The notes under the pieces: model-generated
Seen by the model: the letters and a program-made list of their open reading frames with translations, nothing else
Databases searched by the model: none
What the model was told of the DNA's origin: nothing
Virus record (IMG/VR): IMGVR_UViG_3300033997_000478
Span: 260,429 to 324,428 of that record
Reading direction: 5' to 3' (one strand)
DNA length: 64,000 nucleotides
Position numbers and translations under genes: made by a program
Shown: positions 10,401-17,919 of the stretch, piece after piece
How positions within the stretch are numbered: position 1 is the first letter of the stretch
Layout: the number at the start of each line of letters is the position of its first letter

Positions 10401-12621
10401 GGTGTCCAACCCGAACAACACCGCAGCTCGCGTGTGGATGGACTGGTTGAATGACAACCCGCGCATTCGTGTGGGTGGCAGTGGTGCCGGTGCAGCCGGT
10501 ACGCTGCAGTTCACCTGGCCCAGTGAGACGGTCAACTTCAGCATCACCAATGCCGGTAACGCCGACCTGCGCGGTCAGCTGTCGGTACTGAAGCTGATCA
10601 CCAAGAACGACCAAACCTCGTTGTTCGGTGACGGTGGTGCATCGATCCGTGGTACGGGCACCGGTAGCGTTGTGCTCTCCTCGGGCACTCAGGCCGGCGG
10701 TTACATCTACCTGCGACCCAACGGTGACACCGTCACCACCGGTCAGGCGGTGCTCTACGCCAACGGTCAGTTCGAGATGACCAGTGCCAAGGTGGGCATG
10801 GGTGTGGGTGCGGGCGGTGTCATGCTGGAGCTGGCAGGCGATCGTGCTTGGCAGTTCCGTCAGTCCGGCACGGGCGCTACTTCGGCGCTGGAGCTGTTTG
10901 ACACCACTGGCGGTAAGCGGGTGGATTTCACCACCACTTCCAGTTCGAACAAGGTCAGTATCGATCCCAATAGTAGCACGGTCTCAGCTTCGACCTTCGC
11001 AGGTACGGCGACCAACGCAGCCAAGTGGACCACTGCTCGCAACCTCTACCTCCAGAACGATCTGGTGGGTAATGTGGCGATCGATGGTAGCGCTGACATC
11101 TCGTTGAACGCCTACTCGCGTGCTTACACCACGGGCAACACGGGCAACACCTATCCCGGTCAATACGTCCGGGTGGCGTCCATCACGCTGGGCGCGCTGT
11201 ACGAGGATTCCTCGGTAGCGCTTCAGTTCATGGGCTACGGCGATAGCGCCGGTACCGGCCGTTACGGTCGTGTGCGTTTCCGCGCCAAGCAACAAGTAGC
11301 TCTGCCGGGTCTGCCGTATGTGGACGTCTCCTTGGAGGCAGCCAACTACCTGAACCCGGATGACTTCGTTGCGGTGATCGGCGATACCTCCGCCTATCCG
11401 GTGAAGGTGGACCTGTTCATCAAGATGTCGGGTACGTACTCGGGTCTGAAGTGCACGGTCATGGGTCGCGGCGGTAGCCGTACGACTCAGGTGCTGGAGA
11501 ACGACGGCTACGCTACGGCGCTGCCGGCGGGCACGCAAGTGGTGGGTGTGGCTGACGCCAGTCGCGTGTACGCAGGCACCTTCAACGGTGCTCTGTCGGG
11601 CAACGCAGCTACGGCGACGAAACTGGCCACGGCTCGCACGATCAACGGTGTGGCTTTCGATGGTACGGCCAACATCACCGTACCGGCGACGTGGAACGGC
11701 GGCACGGTCAACGGCGCCATCAACATCTTCAACGGCACGTTGAACGCTCAGGCCTCGCACATCACCTTGGCGTGGAGCGGCGGCAGCACCCGTTGGGCAC
11801 ACGTGATGGAAAGCTCCGGTGATTACGCCATCTACGGCTACAATGCCAGCGGCGGCGCGCCGTACCAACAGCTGATCCTGCGCAACACCTCGTTGGCAGC
11901 AGCGGCAGACAAGTACCGTGCTTTGGAAGTTCAAGGCGGCATCAAGTCGGGTGGTGCTAATTCTGCGCTGATCGTGGTCGACCGTGGTAACAATGCGGCC
12001 GAATATCACGCTTACGTGCAGGACAATGGTGGTTCGTGGGCCATCTGGCGACAGGGCTACGATGACATCTTCAAGGTTGCGGCGAGTGGCAAGATCGCGC
12101 AAGCAGGTGTCTTCTCCGCCGCACTGAGCACAGCTAACAGCCCGAACGTGTCGGCTGATCAGGCTTCCTTCCGCGCCTACGGCAACTACGGTGGCGGTTA
12201 CGGTCTGATCGATGGCTCCTACCAGATCTGCATGTACTCGATCAGTGGCAACCTGAACTTCGGTTTTGGTTCCTCGGGTAATGCACCGTCGAAGGCCTCG
12301 TTGCGCAATGACGGTACGTTCTTCGCTACTGACTATGCTATCAACTCCGACGCCAGCCTGAAGGAGAACGTGGTCGAGTTGTTCTACAACGGGCGCCTGC
12401 GTCCGGTGGAGTTCGACTGGATCGACGGGAAGAAGCATGACCTGGGCTTCATCGCGCAGGAAGTGCAGAAGCTGTACCCCGATGCCGTTCAGCCCGATGA
12501 GGTTACCGGTAAGCTGCGTCTGTCGCCGATGAAGCTGATTGCGGTGTTGTCCTCGCAGGTCAACTCGCTGGAAGATCGTCTGGCCCAGCTCGAGGCTCTC
12601 GTGGCCTCGAAGATCCAATAG
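7480..12621 (+). CDS. Long tail fibre 2 with carbohydrate-binding-like domain and S74 chaperone
   Basis: 1713 aa. Same N-terminal and ARTI repeats as fibre 1. Central NGSFE...PYTASCDF...YIQFYD CBM/galactose-binding-like domain. S-DASLK and GFIAQEVQKLYP at the C-terminus. Confidence 0.9.
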   Translation: MSLNTLSFKGFAFTENPQSAQYVSVRTGPGDEDFANVLLSDLRTFITAEVEVRLAALEAGESGGAKPSIWPVARTMTLSGPVTGSASFDGSQNFSLSTSIADGALTIAKTNGLQGQLTTLQTNIDGKAPLVHSHIGTQPNLNSIPGGVLPVGAVVGSGSTALDGFTNPLYLSAYDGQTRASQLIFDNATDEVGFRRFTAGNWRSVRKIWTEANFDPSVKASTGGNTFTGLNTFANGRVVIRADVAATQSALQFQDESAVLQGMVYYNRTDKAMTIYTAAGDGTSKVMSLKPDGLYWDAKKVWHAGNFDPATYNYMTVTPTLYNASAGINCDNLVVGSKAFVHNANTNTPGTAATYWHIETVQLGDVAGSLIQRAYAADSSEMWTRVYNAGWKAWRRVWTSENFNPVNKLDANAAAASAQKLTIARTIALTGVVTGSVSFDGSANASITTAFSGDVTNSAGGFIVAGGGAVQVNNPNASSASIKMDWNGDMPRLRIGGSGTGSNATFLIVGQSEKTRMSLDLNGNAMFAGNILANGDKTVYHSGNLDLTDFTRVGTTNLGKVGSTTVGPGTLNSPAAWSNLPTGFSSFVLNTVGTANGAPGDGYGYFHKIAQRDTQGGWAGIWLPHLFNGAQVIQAYLGGANDSTSYARWAKIWNDTNHGAGSGLDADLLDGKDGGYYLSKDTLLGGANMARNGSFESQYNSGRPYFWNLGGNATGRSGSFVVSAAGPAGVGFRIDATSATAGQYIDMMQPLLEDGTDPRPTCVPNRPYTASCDFRGTEGAMVRMYIQFYDSSDTVIATATSQDFTASATNYQRAFVTGRAPANAVKLRMYCPRLHNNGLGGATVPLFVEYAGASLQEGDSYSTFHYPGSSFLRNDIANLQDVRLATGNGRGLRFFDNEQYKIFMSVATDATYGGRIAGETTSDYNMYFRMASGTNRGFVFEKDNGNKLLSINPNGVRSAVDITAPIITATTQFQVSNPNNTAARVWMDWLNDNPRIRVGGSGAGAAGTLQFTWPSETVNFSITNAGNADLRGQLSVLKLITKNDQTSLFGDGGASIRGTGTGSVVLSSGTQAGGYIYLRPNGDTVTTGQAVLYANGQFEMTSAKVGMGVGAGGVMLELAGDRAWQFRQSGTGATSALELFDTTGGKRVDFTTTSSSNKVSIDPNSSTVSASTFAGTATNAAKWTTARNLYLQNDLVGNVAIDGSADISLNAYSRAYTTGNTGNTYPGQYVRVASITLGALYEDSSVALQFMGYGDSAGTGRYGRVRFRAKQQVALPGLPYVDVSLEAANYLNPDDFVAVIGDTSAYPVKVDLFIKMSGTYSGLKCTVMGRGGSRTTQVLENDGYATALPAGTQVVGVADASRVYAGTFNGALSGNAATATKLATARTINGVAFDGTANITVPATWNGGTVNGAINIFNGTLNAQASHITLAWSGGSTRWAHVMESSGDYAIYGYNASGGAPYQQLILRNTSLAAAADKYRALEVQGGIKSGGANSALIVVDRGNNAAEYHAYVQDNGGSWAIWRQGYDDIFKVAASGKIAQAGVFSAALSTANSPNVSADQASFRAYGNYGGGYGLIDGSYQICMYSISGNLNFGFGSSGNAPSKASLRNDGTFFATDYAINSDASLKENVVELFYNGRLRPVEFDWIDGKKHDLGFIAQEVQKLYPDAVQPDEVTGKLRLSPMKLIAVLSSQVNSLEDRLAQLEALVASKIQ

Positions 12622-12625
12622 GCAC

Positions 12626-12660
12626 CATAGAGCCCGGCCTTTCGGCCGGGCTCTTCTTTC
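12626..12660 (+). terminator. Hairpin after fibre 2
   Basis: cata GAGCCCGGCC tttc GGCCGGGCTC ttctttc. Confidence 0.75.
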
Positions 12661-12669
12661 GAGGTTCAC

Positions 12670-13074
12670 ATGAGCAATCCCAACAACGCACGTTTCGTGG
12701 ATATGGGTGGCGGCAACATTGCCGAGTACATCTCCTTCCAGATCCAAATGAACTACAATCCCACCACCCAGCATGTACGCGTGGTTTTTAACGGCGCGCC
12801 GTATATCCTCATGGGTACTGCTTACCAGAAGATCGGTGAAAAGCAGGACATCCTTGAGGCCGACCTGACGGGCTTGGAAGGGATGCGGTTGATTCCGCAG
12901 GGCGTGAAAGATCCGGTCACCGGGATGGACCTATCGGGTCTGTCGATCGGTGGTTTGATCCTGGCCCACAAGATGGCCTATGACTACTTCTTCAACATCC
13001 GCGCCGGCACGTCCGGCTACACGGGGAAGAATACGATCATCGGTCCAGATCCGCAGTTCCCGCCCACGATCTAA
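12670..13074 (+). CDS. Tail-fibre-associated hypothetical protein
   Basis: 134 aa with GAGG RBS, directly after fibre 2. DPVTGMDLS motif. No function can be assigned. Confidence 0.6.
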   Translation: MSNPNNARFVDMGGGNIAEYISFQIQMNYNPTTQHVRVVFNGAPYILMGTAYQKIGEKQDILEADLTGLEGMRLIPQGVKDPVTGMDLSGLSIGGLILAHKMAYDYFFNIRAGTSGYTGKNTIIGPDPQFPPTI

Positions 13075-13086
13075 AGGACTAGAGCC

Positions 13087-13560
13087 ATGCCATTGGGCAC
13101 CAATCCAACACTGCTTCAAATCCAGGCGTTCTTTGGTGGCCCAGGCAATCTCAGGGCCTATTATCGTGGCGGTCCGTATGTACCGGACATTTCCGCCAAT
13201 GCGGCGATCTCAACAGATCCCAACAGCTTGACCTTGCGCCAGTTCTCTGGCGCTGACAAGGTGCAGGACTGGTCTGTGAGTATGACGCCGACTTTCGTGG
13301 CAATTGCCAACAGCACCAACAACACTAGCGTGCAAATGACCATCACCGTCAACAACGCGCCTGGGCCGGCCAGCTATAACACCGTGGCCTTGCCTGGTGA
13401 AGGTATGCTCTGTTCTGTTGACAACGCAAACACCGCCGCCCCGATTGTTCGTGGTAGGCGCAGTACACAACAGCCCTCCTTCGAGGAAGGTTCGGTGCGA
13501 GCTGACGTCACGATCAATGGTGTTACCAAGTCGGCGGTTTCCCGCATGAACTTCGGCTAA
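13087..13560 (+). CDS. Putative fibre-tip adhesin A
   Basis: 157 aa. The N-terminal 58 aa (FGGPGNLRAYYRGGPYVP...ISTDP...QFSG) match the type of docking domain seen on small genes after fibres. C-terminus is beta-rich. Confidence 0.6.
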   Translation: MPLGTNPTLLQIQAFFGGPGNLRAYYRGGPYVPDISANAAISTDPNSLTLRQFSGADKVQDWSVSMTPTFVAIANSTNNTSVQMTITVNNAPGPASYNTVALPGEGMLCSVDNANTAAPIVRGRRSTQQPSFEEGSVRADVTINGVTKSAVSRMNFG

Positions 13561-13567
13561 GGTCGGG

Positions 13568-13617
13568 CATGGCTAAGGAGGTTTCGGCCTCCTTAGTTTA
13601 TGTCCCTTCCTTTTTTC
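13568..13617 (+). terminator. Hairpin between adhesin genes
   Basis: CTAAGGAGG tttcgg CCTCCTTAG tttatg, then ccttcctttttt. Confidence 0.7.
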
Positions 13618-13631
13618 CTAGCAGTAGAAGT

Positions 13632-14204
13632 ATGCCTTTAGGTCTCAACCCCACCCTCATTCAAATTCGCGACTTCTTCGGAGGTCCGGGTAATCTTCGT
13701 GCGTACTACCGCGGTGGTCCGTACGTGCCGGATATTTCGGCGAACGCCAACATCTCCACCGATCCCAATCAATTGCGTTTGACGCAGTTCTCTTACGCTG
13801 ACAAGATCACCTCACCACCTCTACCCAACTTCGGCAATGCCAGCGTTTCGGCTGACATCTTTGTTAGCGGTAACGGTGGCGGCTGTAACAGCTACTTGGA
13901 AATCCGTCCCAACGGTATGGTCTACTCCTATTCGTCCAGTAACGGCGAAGGTAACCTATACCAGTGGTTGCCAGCCGGGCGTTCCCCTGGGGAATACATG
14001 GCCCGTCGTTCTACCAATGGCGGACCGTGGGAGGCATGGCAATCGCTTGCGTCGGTCTTCGGTGCAGCTTCTTCCTCGGCGTATTCCGACGGCTTCTACA
14101 GCGAATCCGATTCGCAGGAGTCGGTCGTACAGATCGGTTACGGCGGCAACGTACAAGCACAGGCCACCTTTAGTGCCTACTCCTCGGCCAACGGCCGCGG
14201 TTAA
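13632..14204 (+). CDS. Putative fibre-tip adhesin B (paralogue of 13087..13560)
   Basis: 190 aa from ATG 13632. 49 of the first 58 aa are identical to adhesin A. The Ser/Gly/Tyr-rich C-terminal domain is unrelated. Confidence 0.6.
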   Translation: MPLGLNPTLIQIRDFFGGPGNLRAYYRGGPYVPDISANANISTDPNQLRLTQFSYADKITSPPLPNFGNASVSADIFVSGNGGGCNSYLEIRPNGMVYSYSSSNGEGNLYQWLPAGRSPGEYMARRSTNGGPWEAWQSLASVFGAASSSAYSDGFYSESDSQESVVQIGYGGNVQAQATFSAYSSANGRG

Positions 14205-14216
14205 CAAGGACCACCT

Positions 14217-14468
14217 ATGGACATTCGCACCCTCGCCAAACAGGCGCGCCTGAAGCGCAACTGTTTACTTGATGCGGCGGTGGGAGTTCTGAACCGACAT
14301 CGCAATCAAGTGGACTTCGGTGTGAATCCGTCCCTTGGTCCTGATGAGGTTATCGAAGTGGCACACTTTGCGCAGTCACTGCGCGATGTGCCGCAGCAGA
14401 TGGACTTCCCGAGCCTGATCATATGGCCAAACGTTCCACGATGCCTGCAAAAGCAAATCGTGGCCTAA
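14217..14468 (+). CDS. Tail fibre assembly chaperone-like protein
   Basis: 83 aa. Pattern RLKRNCLLD...AQSLRDVPQQMDFPSLIIWPNVP is typical of phage tail assembly chaperones. Confidence 0.7.
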   Translation: MDIRTLAKQARLKRNCLLDAAVGVLNRHRNQVDFGVNPSLGPDEVIEVAHFAQSLRDVPQQMDFPSLIIWPNVPRCLQKQIVA

Positions 14469-14486
14469 CAACAACAAGGCAACTTC

Positions 14487-15089
14487 ATGAGCGACTTTCA
14501 TATCGACCGACGTTTCGATAAGCCGGGACATGAATCCCTCGTTGACTTGATCAACGACAGCAACAAGACGTACATCAAGCCGGGGGAGATCGAAGGCGAT
14601 CAGATCACTGCGGTCGAAGGTCTTCCATTGGGCTTGAATACGAGTGTGCGTATTCGCCTGAAAGGAGCAAAGGAAGGCGCCCCCTCATCCACGCTGTTTT
14701 ACCGTCGACTGGACATCGGTAAGTATCTGGCCGATCGCGGTCCGTTCCCTTACGACCTCGAGCGTGAGGACAAGGACCAGCAAGAAATCCTTGATGCCAT
14801 CAAGGCCCAGTACGGCGTGGAGCTGTCCCTCGAAGATGTTGGAATCATCTACAACTGGACCGATACGGCCCAGTACGTCATCTTGGTGATGTACTCGCGA
14901 AACCCGGTGTTCTACGGTGAGGTGCGTTTGCAAGGCAAGCCACCTTCGGACCTCAGTTGGGTGGTCGATGAGATCATGCGTGACCTGACGCTGGCAGATG
15001 TCATGACCGGTACGGAAATCATTCCGGCCATTCAGGACGTCATCCCCAAGCAGATGCGCAAGCTCCGCATTACTGACGTCAAGCTTTAA
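14487..15089 (+). CDS. phiKZ-like virion structural protein
   Basis: 200 aa. LVDLINDSN...NTSVRI...YRRLDI...IKAQYGVELSLEDV signature of the phiKZ-like tail/baseplate family. Confidence 0.65.
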   Translation: MSDFHIDRRFDKPGHESLVDLINDSNKTYIKPGEIEGDQITAVEGLPLGLNTSVRIRLKGAKEGAPSSTLFYRRLDIGKYLADRGPFPYDLEREDKDQQEILDAIKAQYGVELSLEDVGIIYNWTDTAQYVILVMYSRNPVFYGEVRLQGKPPSDLSWVVDEIMRDLTLADVMTGTEIIPAIQDVIPKQMRKLRITDVKL

Positions 15090-15090
15090 A

Positions 15091-15121
15091 CATAGCGGAG
15101 GTCTTCGGACCTCCGTTTATG
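15091..15121 (+). terminator. CATA/TTTATG-framed hairpin
   Basis: catag CGGAGGTC ttcg GACCTCCG tttatg. Confidence 0.7.
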
Positions 15122-15189
15122 TCGCTTATACTGTGACTAGCCTGGCCTGACGGGCTTTGCTTAACCTCTTTATCCACGGAGCACTCTCG

Positions 15190-16065
15190 ATGGCGACCAC
15201 CACGCCGCGCGTTATCACCCGTACCATCAACGGCACGCGCATCCTCACCGCCCTGCAGCGCGGTAAGCCGTACACCCACGTCCCGTACACCACGCTCAAC
15301 GAGCTGCACGGCATCCAAGCCGGCGTGATGCCGGACAACGCCGAGACCCCGCGCGTGCAGTATTTCTGCATTGGCACGAATGGTCATGTGAACCGCACCG
15401 GCGCTGACGGTGGTCACTACACCTCTGCCCGCAAGCATGGGCCGGACGATTTCGGCCTGTACACCCAGATCCCGTTCCTGCTGCGCCGTCCCGGTGAAGA
15501 CCTGACCCAGGACCAGCGTCAGAAGTACGCCCTGCGCAAGATCATCGAGATCAATGGCGAGAACTGGATCGCCTACTATCTGATGAAGATCCCGACTGAC
15601 ACCGAGCCGGTGCGCATGCTGCTCAACACGGTCAAGGACGGCGTCACCACCACCGAGCCGTTCATCCCGAAGGCTTCCAACCTGCAGCCGCAGCCGAAGG
15701 AACCGCCGGCCAATGGCGCCATCAGCACCAACGGCTCGTACTTGTCGGTGACCTCGATGACCGACATCGTGCTCAGCGCCCTGGACGTCACCGAACAGAT
15801 CGAAGTTGCCAAGATCATCCACGGCAACCCCGAGCGCGCTCTGATCTCCGAGATCGGCCTGGTGGCCGCTTCGCCGAAGATCGTCACCTTCACCGATCCG
15901 GGCGGCGGCAACGTCCAGATGGAAGAAGCGGTCATGGCGCAGATCACCACCCACATCACCGGCCTGTGGCCTGTGGCCTTCGCCACCGAAGGTTTCCGTT
16001 TCGGTCTGGATCTGGGCGGCACCGAGCCGCTGATCGGTCTGGACACCACCAACACCACCCCCTAA
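15190..16065 (+). CDS. Conserved phiKZ-like virion structural protein (gp139-like by synteny)
   Basis: 291 aa from ATG 15190 (GGAG RBS). TLNE...YFCIGTNGH...IPFLLR...YALRK...AYYL motifs. Immediately upstream of the resolvase. Confidence 0.6.
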   Translation: MATTTPRVITRTINGTRILTALQRGKPYTHVPYTTLNELHGIQAGVMPDNAETPRVQYFCIGTNGHVNRTGADGGHYTSARKHGPDDFGLYTQIPFLLRRPGEDLTQDQRQKYALRKIIEINGENWIAYYLMKIPTDTEPVRMLLNTVKDGVTTTEPFIPKASNLQPQPKEPPANGAISTNGSYLSVTSMTDIVLSALDVTEQIEVAKIIHGNPERALISEIGLVAASPKIVTFTDPGGGNVQMEEAVMAQITTHITGLWPVAFATEGFRFGLDLGGTEPLIGLDTTNTTP

Positions 16066-16077
16066 GCGAACACCCCC

Positions 16078-16692
16078 ATGAACACACGTCAAGAACAAGA
16101 TGTAACCTTGCGTGTGGCAGGCATCGATCCAGGTACGACGACTCTCGGGTTGTCGTTTCTGGACCTGAACCTTTCCAACGGCCGCTGCGTCATCGCCTAT
16201 TCCAAGACGGCAGACGGCGGCAAGTTGGGTAAGGACTATCGTCTGGAAGCTGAAACACATGGCGACCGTTTCGCACGCTTGACCGCCATTGAGGATTTCC
16301 TGTTCGTCGTCTTTGAGATGATGCAGCCTCATGCGTTCTGCACTGAATCTCCCTTCCTGCGCAAGTTCCCAGCGACCTTCGCAGCACTGACCGAGTGTGT
16401 CAGCCATTGCCGCCGCGCGGTGCATCGTTACGATCGCCACGCACGCATGGATACGGTGGACCCGCCCACAGCCAAGCTCGGTGTGGGCATGACCATCAAG
16501 AAGGGTGCAACGAAAGACGATGTAAAGGCTGCAATCTTGCGCCTTGTGGACTCCAAGCTTCCCAACGGCCTTCCGGCCTTGGAAGTGGCCCCAGATGTGA
16601 ATCTCGCCGAGTTGGACGAACATGAGATCGACTCGATCGCAGTGGCCTACCACCTAGTGCAACAGCTCCGCAAACAAATCCCCGGCCTTTAA
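16078..16692 (+). CDS. ruvC: RuvC-like Holliday junction resolvase
   Basis: RVAGIDPGTTTLGLS, FCTESPF, ATKDDVKAAI and EHEIDSIAVA supply the RuvC acidic residues. Confidence 0.85.
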   Translation: MNTRQEQDVTLRVAGIDPGTTTLGLSFLDLNLSNGRCVIAYSKTADGGKLGKDYRLEAETHGDRFARLTAIEDFLFVVFEMMQPHAFCTESPFLRKFPATFAALTECVSHCRRAVHRYDRHARMDTVDPPTAKLGVGMTIKKGATKDDVKAAILRLVDSKLPNGLPALEVAPDVNLAELDEHEIDSIAVAYHLVQQLRKQIPGL

Positions 16693-16701
16693 GGTAACGT
16701 C

Positions 16702-17202
16702 ATGAACCTCAGTGAGATTCTGAAGATGGCTGGGAGCCAACCGTTCTCCACGTTCAAGTGGGGGCCGGCGGCAGTGTTGATGATCAATGACTATCTAGCT
16801 GCCGGCTCCAAGCTGTCAGTGGATAGCACCGGTCAAGACGCTGAGGTTGCATTGAGCGCGCTGCCCACTGGCATGGGTTTGAACTTGTTGACTCGTGAAG
16901 TACAAGTCATGAACGACAATGTCATGCTCAAGCCGGTGGGGCCTGAGGTAACTGGCGTACCACCCACCGTGGCCCCTGCTCCGCGCAGGACCAATCCGCT
17001 GGTCATGATGATCTTTGTTGTGTTGGCCCTGATCAGTCTGGGTCTGACCTTCAGCATCATGTCCACGGCCAATCGTACTGGGCAGATGCCCGACTCGACC
17101 GCACTGGTTGAGATTACCAAGACGATGGTGGGGTTGATCAAGGACGATAGCAGCCGACCCGACAAGGAACAGCCTGCGGATCCTCCTCCCCAGAATCCGT
17201 AA
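16702..17202 (+). CDS. Single-pass membrane protein
   Basis: 166 aa. Hydrophobic segment PLVMMIFVVLALISLGLTFSIM preceded by basic RR. Confidence 0.65.
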   Translation: MNLSEILKMAGSQPFSTFKWGPAAVLMINDYLAAGSKLSVDSTGQDAEVALSALPTGMGLNLLTREVQVMNDNVMLKPVGPEVTGVPPTVAPAPRRTNPLVMMIFVVLALISLGLTFSIMSTANRTGQMPDSTALVEITKTMVGLIKDDSSRPDKEQPADPPPQNP

Positions 17203-17207
17203 AACCC

Positions 17208-17240
17208 CATAACGCCCCCGCCCGTAGGCGGGGGCTTATG
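17208..17240. terminator. Bidirectional hairpin at convergent junction
   Basis: cataac GCCCCCGCC cgta GGCGGGGGC ttatg. Confidence 0.75.
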
Positions 17241-17243
17241 CCG

Positions 17244-17864
17244 TCAGTTCGCTGCCAGTGCGGCGGCAGCATCAGCACGCTTGCGCTTGTCCAGTGCCAC
17301 GGTGACCTGCCGCAAGATCGCGGTGGGTTCCCGGTAGGTGCCGGCTTGACGCATGTACTCCGTCTCGATCTGACGCTTCTGGATCAGACGAGCCATGTTG
17401 GTCTTGCCGCCAAAGATCGACCAGGCACGCACTGCACCGTACATCAGCGAGCGAGTGAACCAGTTCACGCCTGCAGCTTTCATGGCCTCCAGGAAGATGG
17501 CATCGGCCTCTTTACGAGTGATGGTCACCGGGATTTCATTGTGGAACAGGGTCTTGGTTTCGCACAGGATGTCATGCAGCGTTGCAGCCTGTCCGTAGGC
17601 GCCCCACGGCGGCACCAGCCACCACAGCGGACGCGGTACGGAGGCACCATCGGTGAGGAAGCCGGCGGGCACGTAGCCCCACGTGGAGCGATCCTCAGCA
17701 CTGCGGTAGAAGCGGAAGGACGTGATGACACGGTAGTAGTCCTTACGCAGTACCTTCGATGCGTACTCGTCGTATTCGATGGCCAGCTTGGCATCGAAGT
17801 TGGTAAAGGGAATGGCCTCCGCGATCTGGGTGGCCGTGGGAACATAGGGATTGTTGATGTCCAT
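17244..17864 (-). CDS. DUF1353-family protein
   Basis: VPAGFLTDGASVPR.LW...AATLHDILC...RKEADAIFLEAM...MYGAVR motif set. Confidence 0.8.
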   Translation of the reverse strand: MDINNPYVPTATQIAEAIPFTNFDAKLAIEYDEYASKVLRKDYYRVITSFRFYRSAEDRSTWGYVPAGFLTDGASVPRPLWWLVPPWGAYGQAATLHDILCETKTLFHNEIPVTITRKEADAIFLEAMKAAGVNWFTRSLMYGAVRAWSIFGGKTNMARLIQKRQIETEYMRQAGTYREPTAILRQVTVALDKRKRADAAAALAAN

Positions 17865-17890
17865 TAGTCACCGCAGGGGCTAAATAAGAA

Positions 17891-17912
17891 CCGGGGAGGT
17901 TTCCCTCCCCGG
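17891..17912 (-). terminator. Hairpin after Hint-domain gene
   Basis: CCGGGGAGG tttc CCTCCCCGG; U-rich on the minus strand (ttcttattt). Confidence 0.7.
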
Positions 17913-17919
17913 CACGGTC

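Noticed and set aside
13087-14204. Diversity-generating retroelement (template/variable repeat) explanation for the adhesin duplication
   Set aside because: No reverse transcriptase is present in the window. The differences are synonymous and not adenine-specific, and the similarity is at the N-terminus rather than the tip.
16078-16692. RuvC domain as a TnpB/Cas-related nuclease
   Set aside because: It is a short stand-alone RuvC with no zinc finger, IS ends or CRISPR array, in the usual phiKZ-like position.
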